Part shown: in pieces, positions 9,435 through 18,136 of the stretch
Numbering within the stretch: position 1 is the stretch's first letter
How the letters are laid out: every line of letters begins with the position of its first letter
Source of the DNA: an uncultured virus (IMG/VR IMGVR_UViG_3300001346_000004)
Lineage: Duplodnaviria > Heunggongvirae > Uroviricota > Caudoviricetes
IMG/VR virus record: IMGVR_UViG_3300001346_000004
Length of the DNA stretch: 64,000 bases
Reading direction: 5' to 3' (one strand)
Position numbers and translations under genes: made by a program
The notes under the pieces: generated by a model
What the model saw: the letters and a program-made list of their open reading frames with translations, nothing else
What the model was told of the DNA's origin: nothing
The model's database searches: none

Positions 9435-10161
9435 TTATCTCATAGAATTCGATTGCTTTGCAATATTCCTTGCCAACAATTCTTTGATTTTTATAATCAC
9501 TGCCTTTTACCATTATATCAGGATTATACTTTTTTATAATATCTACTAGTTCTTGTTCTGAATCAAAATAAGAAATATCATCAACTGCTTTTAGATTAGA
9601 TAGTAAGTTTAGTCTTTCATCTAAAGAATTAATAGGTCTGTCTGAACCTTTTAATTGTTTAATTCTATTATCACTATCTATAGCAACTAACAAATGATCC
9701 CCTAATGATTTTGCATAGTTTAATAATTCAATATGCCCTTTATGAATAATATCAAAACTACCATTTACAATAATTTTTTTGTCTGACTGCTGACTGCTAC
9801 CTGGAAAAACTCTGTAGTTGTCTTCGACACTGTCGGCTGTGCTTACTTCAAATATCTCACTCATTTCTTCAAGTGCCTCTAGTTGATGTGGCTGTAAAGG
9901 AGGATTATGCCATTTGTCGCCTTCTACTAATTCTTTTGTGTGTACCGTTGCATCTTTAGTATCAATCCATTTAAGCAAAAATTTACCCGAATTTACAAAC
10001 CATGTTTCTTCTTTTTCTTTATGAAAATGCATGCTAAATTTAGCACCTACTTTTTCAAATACCATAATTTTTCCACAGTACTTTTCATTAGTGGCCCATA
10101 TTAATTCATAGCCCCAACCTTTTTTAATTTTTCCTTCTAAACGTGTATGCATTTTATCCAT
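9382..10161 (-). CDS. hldC: Cupin domain fused to heptose-1-phosphate adenylyltransferase (HldC / RfaE domain II)
   Basis: N-terminal cupin (KGWGYELIW, SMHFHKEKEETW, PHQLEA); C-terminal NGSFDIIHKGHIELL, DSDNRIKQLKGSDRPIN, VKGSDY, YSTTK. Confidence 0.85.
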   Translation of the reverse strand: MDKMHTRLEGKIKKGWGYELIWATNEKYCGKIMVFEKVGAKFSMHFHKEKEETWFVNSGKFLLKWIDTKDATVHTKELVEGDKWHNPPLQPHQLEALEEMSEIFEVSTADSVEDNYRVFPGSSQQSDKKIIVNGSFDIIHKGHIELLNYAKSLGDHLLVAIDSDNRIKQLKGSDRPINSLDERLNLLSNLKAVDDISYFDSEQELVDIIKKYNPDIMVKGSDYKNQRIVGKEYCKAIEFYEINDGYSTTKKLQDIINRG

Positions 10162-10227
10162 TATATGTGTAGTTTATTATTTATCTAGTTACTGTAACCC
10201 ACAAAAAATAATAATGACGCATATGGA

Positions 10228-10233
10228 TAAATA
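10228..10233 (+). promoter_or_regulatory. Putative T4-like late promoter core (TAAATA)
   Basis: GATAAATATT upstream of the structural operon starting at 10260; GGAG ribosome-binding site at 10244-10247. Confidence 0.55.
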
Positions 10234-10259
10234 TTATGGTAACGGAGAGAATATAAAAT

Positions 10260-11783
10260 ATGTCACTAATTCCAATTTTTCCTGGCGTAAGAATAGTACC
10301 TAGAGATGAAGATTATCTTGATAGAAAATCAGGCTCTCGAGGTGAAATTTTCTTCGATAAGGATAATCAATCACTTAGAATATTCGATGGTTCCAACATT
10401 GGCGGAACACATATTCTAACACCTACAAACGTAGCAAAACAAATTACATCTTCAGGTGTTGCAACAGTTACTTTTAGTACAACAGTTGCAAGAAATGCTG
10501 GAGATACAGCAAATGTATATTATTATAACGGAGTTGAAAATCCTGAACTAACACTAGTTGTTGGTTATACATATGTATTTGATCAAACAGATTTAACAAA
10601 TTTATATTTTCCTAACAGTAACGGAACAACATTAAACCAACATCCTTTAAACTTTAGTTCAGATGATGCTAACGGCGAATTAGGTAGCGGTACTGCATAT
10701 CTTAATAACGTTCTTTATATAATAGATGGAGTTACTGTAAACAAAACACAATATTGGGCAAAGTTTGCCACTGCAACTACACGTTCTGTACAGATAACAA
10801 TTACAAGTAACACTCCATCAACACTTTATATATGGTGTAAAAATCATAGTGGTATGGGGAATAGTGTAACTGTAGCCGAGCCAGGTGCCGGCGGCGGAGG
10901 CGCAAGTCTTGCAGTGTCTGATACTGCTCCTAGCAGTCCTACACAAGGAGATATTTGGTATAATAGCACAAGTGCAAAACTATATGTGTATGTACAAGAT
11001 ACTGATAGCAGTCAATGGGTACAACCTGCTGCTCCTGCTCCAGGAACACTATTAGGATTAGGTATTGCAGACGGAACAAACGGACAGGCACTGAAAACAG
11101 ACGGTGCTGGTAACTTCTCGTTTGGCGATGTGTCGGCATCGACAGCCTTTGCTGATTTAACAGGTAAGCCTACTACAATAGCAGGATATGGAATAACAGA
11201 TGCTATTCCTGCTTTCTCTGCAATTACTAGTAAACCAACTACAATAGCAGGGTATGGTATCACAGATGCGTTTGATGGAGCGTTTGCTTCATTAACAACT
11301 AAACCAACTACACTCGCAGGGTATGGTATCACAGATGGATATGCAAACACAGATGTTGATGCACATCTAAATCAATCAAACCCTACAAGTGGTTATGTAC
11401 TAAGTTGGAACGGTTCAGATTATGCCTGGGCGGCAAACACAGGTGCACCAGGCGGCAGTACAACTGAAGTACAATTTAATAATGCAGGTGCATTTACCGG
11501 CGACAGTGATTTTACGTACAACAGTACTACTAATACATTAACTGTTCCTAACATAAGTGCATCATTAACTGCTGGACTTGGTGTTACTAACTTAACAAGT
11601 GCAAGTACAATAACACTTACAACCACAGACGGTGTAAGAGTTACCGGTGCTCCATTTAGATTACCAAGTTTTACTACAACAGAAAAGAATGCATTAACAT
11701 CTGCAAACGGTGATATGATATATGACACTACGTTGAACAAAGCACAGGTATACGAAAACGGTGGCTGGGCGAGCTTAGTATAA
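10260..11783 (+). CDS. Virion fibre/structural protein
   Basis: Thr/Gly-rich; RGEIFFD and APSSPTQGDIWYNS repeats; three KPTT(I/L)AGYGITD repeats; LYIWCKNHSGMG; NGDMIYDTTLNK C-terminus. Confidence 0.7.
   Translation: MSLIPIFPGVRIVPRDEDYLDRKSGSRGEIFFDKDNQSLRIFDGSNIGGTHILTPTNVAKQITSSGVATVTFSTTVARNAGDTANVYYYNGVENPELTLVVGYTYVFDQTDLTNLYFPNSNGTTLNQHPLNFSSDDANGELGSGTAYLNNVLYIIDGVTVNKTQYWAKFATATTRSVQITITSNTPSTLYIWCKNHSGMGNSVTVAEPGAGGGGASLAVSDTAPSSPTQGDIWYNSTSAKLYVYVQDTDSSQWVQPAAPAPGTLLGLGIADGTNGQALKTDGAGNFSFGDVSASTAFADLTGKPTTIAGYGITDAIPAFSAITSKPTTIAGYGITDAFDGAFASLTTKPTTLAGYGITDGYANTDVDAHLNQSNPTSGYVLSWNGSDYAWAANTGAPGGSTTEVQFNNAGAFTGDSDFTYNSTTNTLTVPNISASLTAGLGVTNLTSASTITLTTTDGVRVTGAPFRLPSFTTTEKNALTSANGDMIYDTTLNKAQVYENGGWASLV
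11166..11339 (+). repeat. Three coding tandem repeats KPTT(I/L)AGYGITD
   Basis: Units start near 11166, 11232 and 11301 (spacing 66 and 69 nt). Confidence 0.85.
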
Positions 11784-14287
11784 TGAGTGAAAAAGAATAC
11801 GTAGTAATTGTAAAAGCCGATGTTGATCTTGAAGCATTTGATGCTGAAGTAGCCGCAGATACAGGTTCAGGACAGATACCTAATAGAGCTGTTACAGTAG
11901 CCAATCCAAGAATTGGATCAAAGCGTATGACACATTGGATGCTCACAGACGAAGAAGCAGAAACTTTAGAACAAGACGAAAGAGTTGTTGCTGTAGAGAT
12001 TCCACCAGATCAAAGAGATGATATTAGTATAGGACTTCATGCAAGTCAAACAGCAACTTTTCAAAGACAGTCTGGAAATAACGCAACTTGGGTAAACTGG
12101 GGATTGCGTAGATGCGATGAAGCAACAAATACGTTTGCTGATGCAACTACATTATCAGGAGATCATCTTTACGCTTTAGACGGAACAGGTGTAGACTTTA
12201 TTGTACAAGATAGCGGAATACAAGCAGACCATCCTGAGTTTTACATGCCTAACACAACTGAATATGCTAGTGGTGCATTAGGAAGTGATGCAACCAATGG
12301 AGCAGTTTTTGACAGAAGTTTAACTGTAAGGGGTGTAAAACTTGTAGCAGCAGGAGCGGTCGGCGGACAAACAACTGTACCAGATGAATGGGTAAAGAAA
12401 ACAGCGCAGGCTGTAAAGTTATTAATTGATCCTAACGGAGATAGCATTGATATTACACAACAGAAAAATTTAATTGCAACACTTAAAGGTGATGCAGGAA
12501 CAACACATGCAGGAACTCCAACAGCACAACGAATTGGTTATGGTGGCGGAGCATCATATACACCAAATTGGTTGACAGATGCTGGCGCGGCACAGTACTC
12601 TGGATATACAGATTTTTTAGACAGTCATGCAGTTAATGATATGGTTTGGTATAAAAACACAAGCGGTCCTGATCCTAGTGAGAGTGATAGAGACATTGAA
12701 GAAATTATGGAACACTTGTTCCATACAATACACAACTTTGGTATTCCGGGGGCTGTAGAAGGAAGTGCAACACAAGTTCCAATGGAAACATTGCTGATGA
12801 TATTAAATGGTAACCCAAGTTTTTCTTGGACGACTACAGAATTACATCTTGCTATGAAAGAAGCAATTGACGCAGGGTTATATGATCCAAGTGGTTATGC
12901 TACTGATTGGGCAACAGATTCTGATGCAGCCGTAGTAGCATATAAAGAATATACTTACTTAGTAAATTGGTCAATGTGGGATATGAGTGAGTTTTGGGAC
13001 GGAGAAAGTCTTAGTCCTGAATGGGATGATACTTTAAAAACACCTGCAGGTATGTTAGCAAATAATCCACTAGGTTATGCCATGTTTAACAAATACTTTG
13101 CACCAGTACTTAGTAAACCAGATTTTAATATACTAAAACGTATATTTCAAGATAATGATGCTGGAGTATCTGGCTATGTAGCACAACCGTCTGCATCACG
13201 AGTGCAAGAAATTGATTGGTTTGCTGACAGTGGTATTGTAGGTGAAACACAAGACTCAAACTTTTACACAGACTATGACGGCCACGGCACTCATTGTGCA
13301 GGTATTTCCGTAGGTAAAACATTTGGCTGGGCAAAAAATGCAAGAATATATGCTCAAAAATTAGGTGGACTAGAAGGTACATTAGATCCAAATGATGGCA
13401 TTAGTATCACTAACGCATTTGATACAATTAGACTTTGGCACAATAATAAATCAAACAATAGGCCCACGGTTGTTAACATGAGTTGGGGATACGGAACTAC
13501 AAGGACAGGAGATCCAACAAGCGGAACATACAGGGGAACAGCCTGGACATATGGTGTTGAATATAGTACTCGAGCAGCGTTAGAAGCAGCAACTGGAGTA
13601 AATGAAAATAGAACAACCTTAGGCGCTTCGTCAGCATGTAAACTGAGTGTCAGAGTAGCATCAGTCGATGCTGAAATAGAAGATATGGTATCAGCAGGAA
13701 TACATGTAGTAATTGCAGCAGGTAATAACTATAACAAAATAGAAGCATCTGGCGGTACTGATTATGATAATGATGTATTATGGCAGGGAAGTACAACAAC
13801 TTATCATAGAGGCAGTTCACCGTATAGCTCAAATGCATACATGGTTGCTAGTTTAGATAGCACTACACAAGACGATAGCGGTGCTGAAAAAGATAGAACA
13901 AGTATTTTTTCAAGTAGAGGACCAGGATGTAATATATGGGCACCAGGTTCAGATATCATGAGTGCTTGTAGTACTCCATATAATAACACTAAGTTTGCGC
14001 CGATAGCATATTTTGACAATGGCAGTTTTTACCAAATGAGCATAAGCGGAACATCTATGGCAGCACCACAAGTTGCAGGACTATTATGTTTACATCTAGA
14101 ATCAGATTCAACACTTACTCCGGCACAATTAAAATCAAAAATTTTAGCAGATGCAAAAAGTGTTGTGTATAGTACAGGCCAAAATGCCGACTATAATCAG
14201 ATAAGTACAAGTACATTTGGACAAGATTTAAAAATAATATATAGTAGATATGCAAGTGCAAATGCATTTGCTATAACAAAGGAATAG
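11783..14287 (+). CDS. Subtilisin-like (S8) serine protease with large internal insertion
   Basis: Catalytic triad motifs DFIVQDSG, DGHGTHCAG and SGTSMAAPQVAG; VVNMSWG; AAGN oxyanion motif; N-terminal propeptide-like region. Confidence 0.88.
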   Translation: MSEKEYVVIVKADVDLEAFDAEVAADTGSGQIPNRAVTVANPRIGSKRMTHWMLTDEEAETLEQDERVVAVEIPPDQRDDISIGLHASQTATFQRQSGNNATWVNWGLRRCDEATNTFADATTLSGDHLYALDGTGVDFIVQDSGIQADHPEFYMPNTTEYASGALGSDATNGAVFDRSLTVRGVKLVAAGAVGGQTTVPDEWVKKTAQAVKLLIDPNGDSIDITQQKNLIATLKGDAGTTHAGTPTAQRIGYGGGASYTPNWLTDAGAAQYSGYTDFLDSHAVNDMVWYKNTSGPDPSESDRDIEEIMEHLFHTIHNFGIPGAVEGSATQVPMETLLMILNGNPSFSWTTTELHLAMKEAIDAGLYDPSGYATDWATDSDAAVVAYKEYTYLVNWSMWDMSEFWDGESLSPEWDDTLKTPAGMLANNPLGYAMFNKYFAPVLSKPDFNILKRIFQDNDAGVSGYVAQPSASRVQEIDWFADSGIVGETQDSNFYTDYDGHGTHCAGISVGKTFGWAKNARIYAQKLGGLEGTLDPNDGISITNAFDTIRLWHNNKSNNRPTVVNMSWGYGTTRTGDPTSGTYRGTAWTYGVEYSTRAALEAATGVNENRTTLGASSACKLSVRVASVDAEIEDMVSAGIHVVIAAGNNYNKIEASGGTDYDNDVLWQGSTTTYHRGSSPYSSNAYMVASLDSTTQDDSGAEKDRTSIFSSRGPGCNIWAPGSDIMSACSTPYNNTKFAPIAYFDNGSFYQMSISGTSMAAPQVAGLLCLHLESDSTLTPAQLKSKILADAKSVVYSTGQNADYNQISTSTFGQDLKIIYSRYASANAFAITKE

Positions 14288-14298
14288 AGGGCAGGAAC

Positions 14299-15879
14299 AT
14301 GGCAATAAATTTTCCGGGTACACCGGCACTTAATGAAACATTTACAGAAGGTAGTACTACCTGGCAGTATGATGGTACTACTTGGAATGTAACTTCTTCT
14401 CCGGCAGCAGCCCCGAATGTGTTTACAAGATTTAATGCTGATACAGGATTTACTATTGCTAACATTCCTACAGATAGTTTAACAGTAACTGGTGGTTCTA
14501 ATATTACTACTGAAATTAGCGGCGATACAATTACGATTAATGGTACAGCCGGCGGCGGAAATGCATTTGGCACTATAACTGCTGATGAAGGTTCAACAGC
14601 AGCGGCAAGTATAAATGATACACTTAATATAGTAGGCGGTACTAACATAGCAACTGCTATTGCTACAGACTCAGATATTGTAACAGTTAATATGAGTACA
14701 TTTAGTGTAGACTTTTTATCAGATGTTGATACAACAACATCACCACCAAGTACAGGTAGTGTATTAAAATGGGACGGAGCAAAGTGGGCACCAGGAACTG
14801 ATGCTACTACTGGTGGCGGTGGTACTGATGCAGATACTCTTGACGGTCAAGACGGATCATACTATCTTAATTACAATAATTTAAATAACAAACCTACAAT
14901 TTTAGCGTTATCGGCTTTAAGTGTAGGTGTTGAGAACAGTGCTAGTGGTAACGGTGCAATTAGTTACAACAATAGTACTGGAGAATTTAAATTTACACCT
15001 CCCACTGCCGCAGGTATTGGTGCACTATCTGCAGAAACAAATGACTTAACAGCAGCAGTTACGTGGGCAAATGTACCAAATACAAATATTACTGAGTCAA
15101 GTGTAACACAGCACCAAGCAGCATTAAGTATTACTGAAAGTCAAATAAGTGATTTAGGAACATATCTAACTGGTAGTTCAAGCATAAATGCACTTAGTGA
15201 TGTAGATACATCAGGAGCATCATCAGACGATGTTTTACAATGGAACGGATCTAATTGGGTGCCTTCTGCGTCAGCAGGTGGTGGCGATGCAAATCAAAAT
15301 GCATTTAGTACAATTTCTGTTACAGGGCAAAGTGATGTAGAGGCTGACACAACAACTGATACAGTAACCTTTGCAGGCGCCAGCGGCATTACTATTACAA
15401 CTAACGCTGCATCGGACATTGTAACATTTACTGGACCGGGAACAATTATTACTGCGTTTAGCGGATTGTCAGATGCAATTACTGCTCAACTTACAATAGA
15501 TAAATTATATCTTCCAGCAATTACTAGATTAGATGTAACTGCAAATGGTACATCTTCATATAGATTTGATCAATACGGATCTACTGACAATCCTACAATA
15601 TATGGAATTAACGGAACTACTATTGCATTTAATCTTAGTGCTATGGATTCTAGTCATCCGTTCCTTATTCAAAATTCGTCAGGTGTTAACTACAGTACTG
15701 GATTGATTCATGTAGCAACTAACGGAACATGTAGTGTTGGTTCTGCTGCACAAGGTAAGGAAAGCGGTACGTTATATTGGAAAATACCATCTGCTATTAG
15801 TGGTACTTATAGATATCAGTGTTCATTACATGGTGCAATGGTAGGAGCAATAATTGTTAAGAACTTTGGTTCAATCTAA
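14299..15879 (+). CDS. Virion structural/fibre protein with C-terminal cupredoxin-like motif
   Basis: MAINFPGTP start; repeated DTL.I.GG.NI.T and LSDVDT...VL.W.G..W units; C-terminal HPF...YRYQCSLHGAMVG. Confidence 0.65.
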   Translation: MAINFPGTPALNETFTEGSTTWQYDGTTWNVTSSPAAAPNVFTRFNADTGFTIANIPTDSLTVTGGSNITTEISGDTITINGTAGGGNAFGTITADEGSTAAASINDTLNIVGGTNIATAIATDSDIVTVNMSTFSVDFLSDVDTTTSPPSTGSVLKWDGAKWAPGTDATTGGGGTDADTLDGQDGSYYLNYNNLNNKPTILALSALSVGVENSASGNGAISYNNSTGEFKFTPPTAAGIGALSAETNDLTAAVTWANVPNTNITESSVTQHQAALSITESQISDLGTYLTGSSSINALSDVDTSGASSDDVLQWNGSNWVPSASAGGGDANQNAFSTISVTGQSDVEADTTTDTVTFAGASGITITTNAASDIVTFTGPGTIITAFSGLSDAITAQLTIDKLYLPAITRLDVTANGTSSYRFDQYGSTDNPTIYGINGTTIAFNLSAMDSSHPFLIQNSSGVNYSTGLIHVATNGTCSVGSAAQGKESGTLYWKIPSAISGTYRYQCSLHGAMVGAIIVKNFGSI

Positions 15880-16148
15880 GTTTTTTGTATTTGATCCCAA
15901 TCACGAAGTTTTCTCTCAATAACTTTTCTTACTTCAGCAATTCCGTCTTTGTGATCGTTTCCTAATCTGATACTTTTAGAATATATCATTTCAGAATGCT
16001 CTTTGTCAAATGCTTTTACATGTGCAACTAACTTATTAAGAAAATTTTGTAATTGATTTTTAAGACTTTCATCTGTAATTTTTTCAATTTTATTTTTGTA
16101 ATTGTTATAATCATTTTGAAATGATTCAGACTCATATATTGACAGCAT
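15876..16148 (-). CDS. Hypothetical protein
   Basis: 90-aa ORF overlapping its neighbours in a minus-strand operon. Confidence 0.6.
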   Translation of the reverse strand: MLSIYESESFQNDYNNYKNKIEKITDESLKNQLQNFLNKLVAHVKAFDKEHSEMIYSKSIRLGNDHKDGIAEVRKVIERKLRDWDQIQKT

Positions 16149-16518
16149 CTTCTAACTCCAGTACAGTTTCTATTTTTGTACGTATAAGACTATTATTTAA
16201 TGTACTTCGTAGTCCAGTGTGTACATTCTTGGGCAGGTAACCTAAATCAGCCCAACAAAATGTTGGTATTTCTTCAGTAATAAATTCTTCTTTTACAAGA
16301 CAAATATACGTTCCGTACTCAAAACCTTTGTCTTTTGAAAGATACAATTCTATAGGTATTATTTTACCTCTAGAAAATTTTTGTTGTAAATCTTCACTAT
16401 CTTGTATTACACTATTTTCAAGTGAAAATGTTGGTACGGTCCATTTTTCGTTTTCTAAAATAAGAAGTATTCTGTGCGAATCTCTAGATAGATATAATAG
16501 TCCTACTCTCTTTTGCAT
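16132..16518 (-). CDS. Hypothetical protein (possibly degenerate NUDIX-like fold)
   Basis: VGLLYLS..ILLI..KWTVP..YGTYICLVKEEF..FCWA..LPKNVHTGL pattern; no intact Nudix box; preceded by TAAGTA-N5-ATG. Confidence 0.5.
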   Translation of the reverse strand: MQKRVGLLYLSRDSHRILLILENEKWTVPTFSLENSVIQDSEDLQQKFSRGKIIPIELYLSKDKGFEYGTYICLVKEEFITEEIPTFCWADLGYLPKNVHTGLRSTLNNSLIRTKIETVLELEDAVNI

Positions 16519-16526
16519 AAAACTAC

Positions 16527-17957
16527 TTATGCACCTTCAGGATCTAGTCTCCAATAACCTGGTGCATACTCGCCTTCGAAAGATTTAATCCACTGTATAC
16601 CATCCCACTTATACTGTATTCCTGTAGTAATATTACTGAGATATGTAAAATTTTCGACAGTAGCCGGATCAAATACCACTGCCCAACTTGCTCCATTCCA
16701 TTCAGCAACACTGTTTGCTTTGATAGATGTATTAGTGCTGTCGTTGTTTTTCCAGCCATCAGCATTATCTGCTACATCTTCTAAGATTAGTAATCTATGT
16801 CCTGTTGGAATAGTACCTAATCTAGCAATAGGATTATAGGTAGTTGGATCTACAATTGCATCAAACGTTCCCTTGCCGTCAGGATATTGAGGACTTACAA
16901 GTAAAGTATTTTCTGTCCATCCTGGAGAATCTTTATCAATTGTTACTAAGAGAATATAGTTATCAACAGGATTGATTGCAAATGTTCCTGTGATGTCTTC
17001 ACCATTAGGTTGACGGAAATGTATTGTACTAGTACCTTCTGTAAAACTTCCTAGTGCTGCTAATACAGCATTCCAGTCAAGTTTTTTATCATCTGTAAAT
17101 TCTTTTTTATCTAGTCCTAAACTTTGTATTGCAGCATTCTGATCTAATATAGATAAGTCATAATCATTAGGATTACCATTATTTGCTTTGAATAACAATA
17201 CAGGGTATCTTGGATTTACATATACATCATTTGAAACTTTCTGATTGTAAACTAGACTTGATAAGTTTTGTATATCACCTTCTTCTGTAAATATGTTTGC
17301 TATTATGCTTCTTACAACACCTAGTTTTTTTACTTTGGCAGGAGGAGAAACATACATTGGTATTTCAAAATCTATTGAGCAAATGTCAATTTCTGACTCA
17401 GTTCCAGCAGGTATACTTCTAGAACTAAAATTCATTCCAGTCATTCTTACTACACTTAAACTAGTCCAGTCAATGTAGTTGTCGTTAGTTTGTATTTCAA
17501 ATGCAGGATTAAACAAGACCATTATTTGTTCTAGCAATTGTAATTTTTGATCTGTATTACTTGTCCATATATCTAGTTTACATGTCATCATATATGGTGT
17601 TGGCATCAATCTTTCTACGGTTACATTCTTTCCTGGAGCGCCTGTATATTCTCTATTTCCTGATTCGTCTACATTATAGTTTCTTTCACGTATGTTTACT
17701 TTACTTACAAATGTAGGATCAGTTAATCTACTTGTATCAATGTCCATTCCAGTAATATATGCTGCCATTCTAGGTACTGTTGGCAATTTGTTTTCAGAGT
17801 TTTCTCTAATAATGTTTGCTACCTGGCGTGTCAAATCGCCGTACATTACAGGAACAGATTGCTGATCGCCGTTACCTGCTTCATATTTAAAGCCGATAAA
17901 GATACGCATAAACTGTGTTACATATCTTCTAATCTGTCCGTCGTAGAAAAAATCCAT
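16527..17957 (-). CDS. Tail sheath stabiliser/terminator (T4 gp15-like) with C-terminal extension
   Basis: FFYDGQIRRYVTQF, VPVMYG, PRMA, MPTPY, QLLEQIMVLFNP; adjacent to neck genes. Confidence 0.7.
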   Translation of the reverse strand: MDFFYDGQIRRYVTQFMRIFIGFKYEAGNGDQQSVPVMYGDLTRQVANIIRENSENKLPTVPRMAAYITGMDIDTSRLTDPTFVSKVNIRERNYNVDESGNREYTGAPGKNVTVERLMPTPYMMTCKLDIWTSNTDQKLQLLEQIMVLFNPAFEIQTNDNYIDWTSLSVVRMTGMNFSSRSIPAGTESEIDICSIDFEIPMYVSPPAKVKKLGVVRSIIANIFTEEGDIQNLSSLVYNQKVSNDVYVNPRYPVLLFKANNGNPNDYDLSILDQNAAIQSLGLDKKEFTDDKKLDWNAVLAALGSFTEGTSTIHFRQPNGEDITGTFAINPVDNYILLVTIDKDSPGWTENTLLVSPQYPDGKGTFDAIVDPTTYNPIARLGTIPTGHRLLILEDVADNADGWKNNDSTNTSIKANSVAEWNGASWAVVFDPATVENFTYLSNITTGIQYKWDGIQWIKSFEGEYAPGYWRLDPEGA

Positions 17958-18136
17958 TAGTTACTTGCCTTCTTAAAATTATGTGTGTATGCATTTTTAT
18001 CACCTTTTGCAGCAGCAGCTCTTCGTTGCTGTAACTTAATTGCAAGAGGCTCGTCATCATCTCTGCGTACTTTTTTCTTAATTGTAGTTCTCTTTGGAGT
18101 TTTTGATGCAAACCCTAATATTTCATCTATACGCAT
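17957..18136 (-). CDS. Small basic protein (59 aa) absent from the ORF track
   Basis: MRIDEILGFASKTPKRTTIKKKVRRDDDEPLAIKLQQRRAAAAKGDKNAYTHNFKKASN*; TAATG stop/start overlaps at both ends. Confidence 0.8.
   Translation of the reverse strand: MRIDEILGFASKTPKRTTIKKKVRRDDDEPLAIKLQQRRAAAAKGDKNAYTHNFKKASN

Noticed and set aside
11166..11339. Regularly spaced 66-69 nt repeats as a mini CRISPR array
   Set aside because: The repeats differ mainly at synonymous positions and encode in-frame KPTTIAGYGITD fibre repeats.
12245..13195. Insertion in the S8 protease as an intein or intron
   Set aside because: No Cys/Ser start with His-Asn end, no LAGLIDADG motif and no frame interruption.
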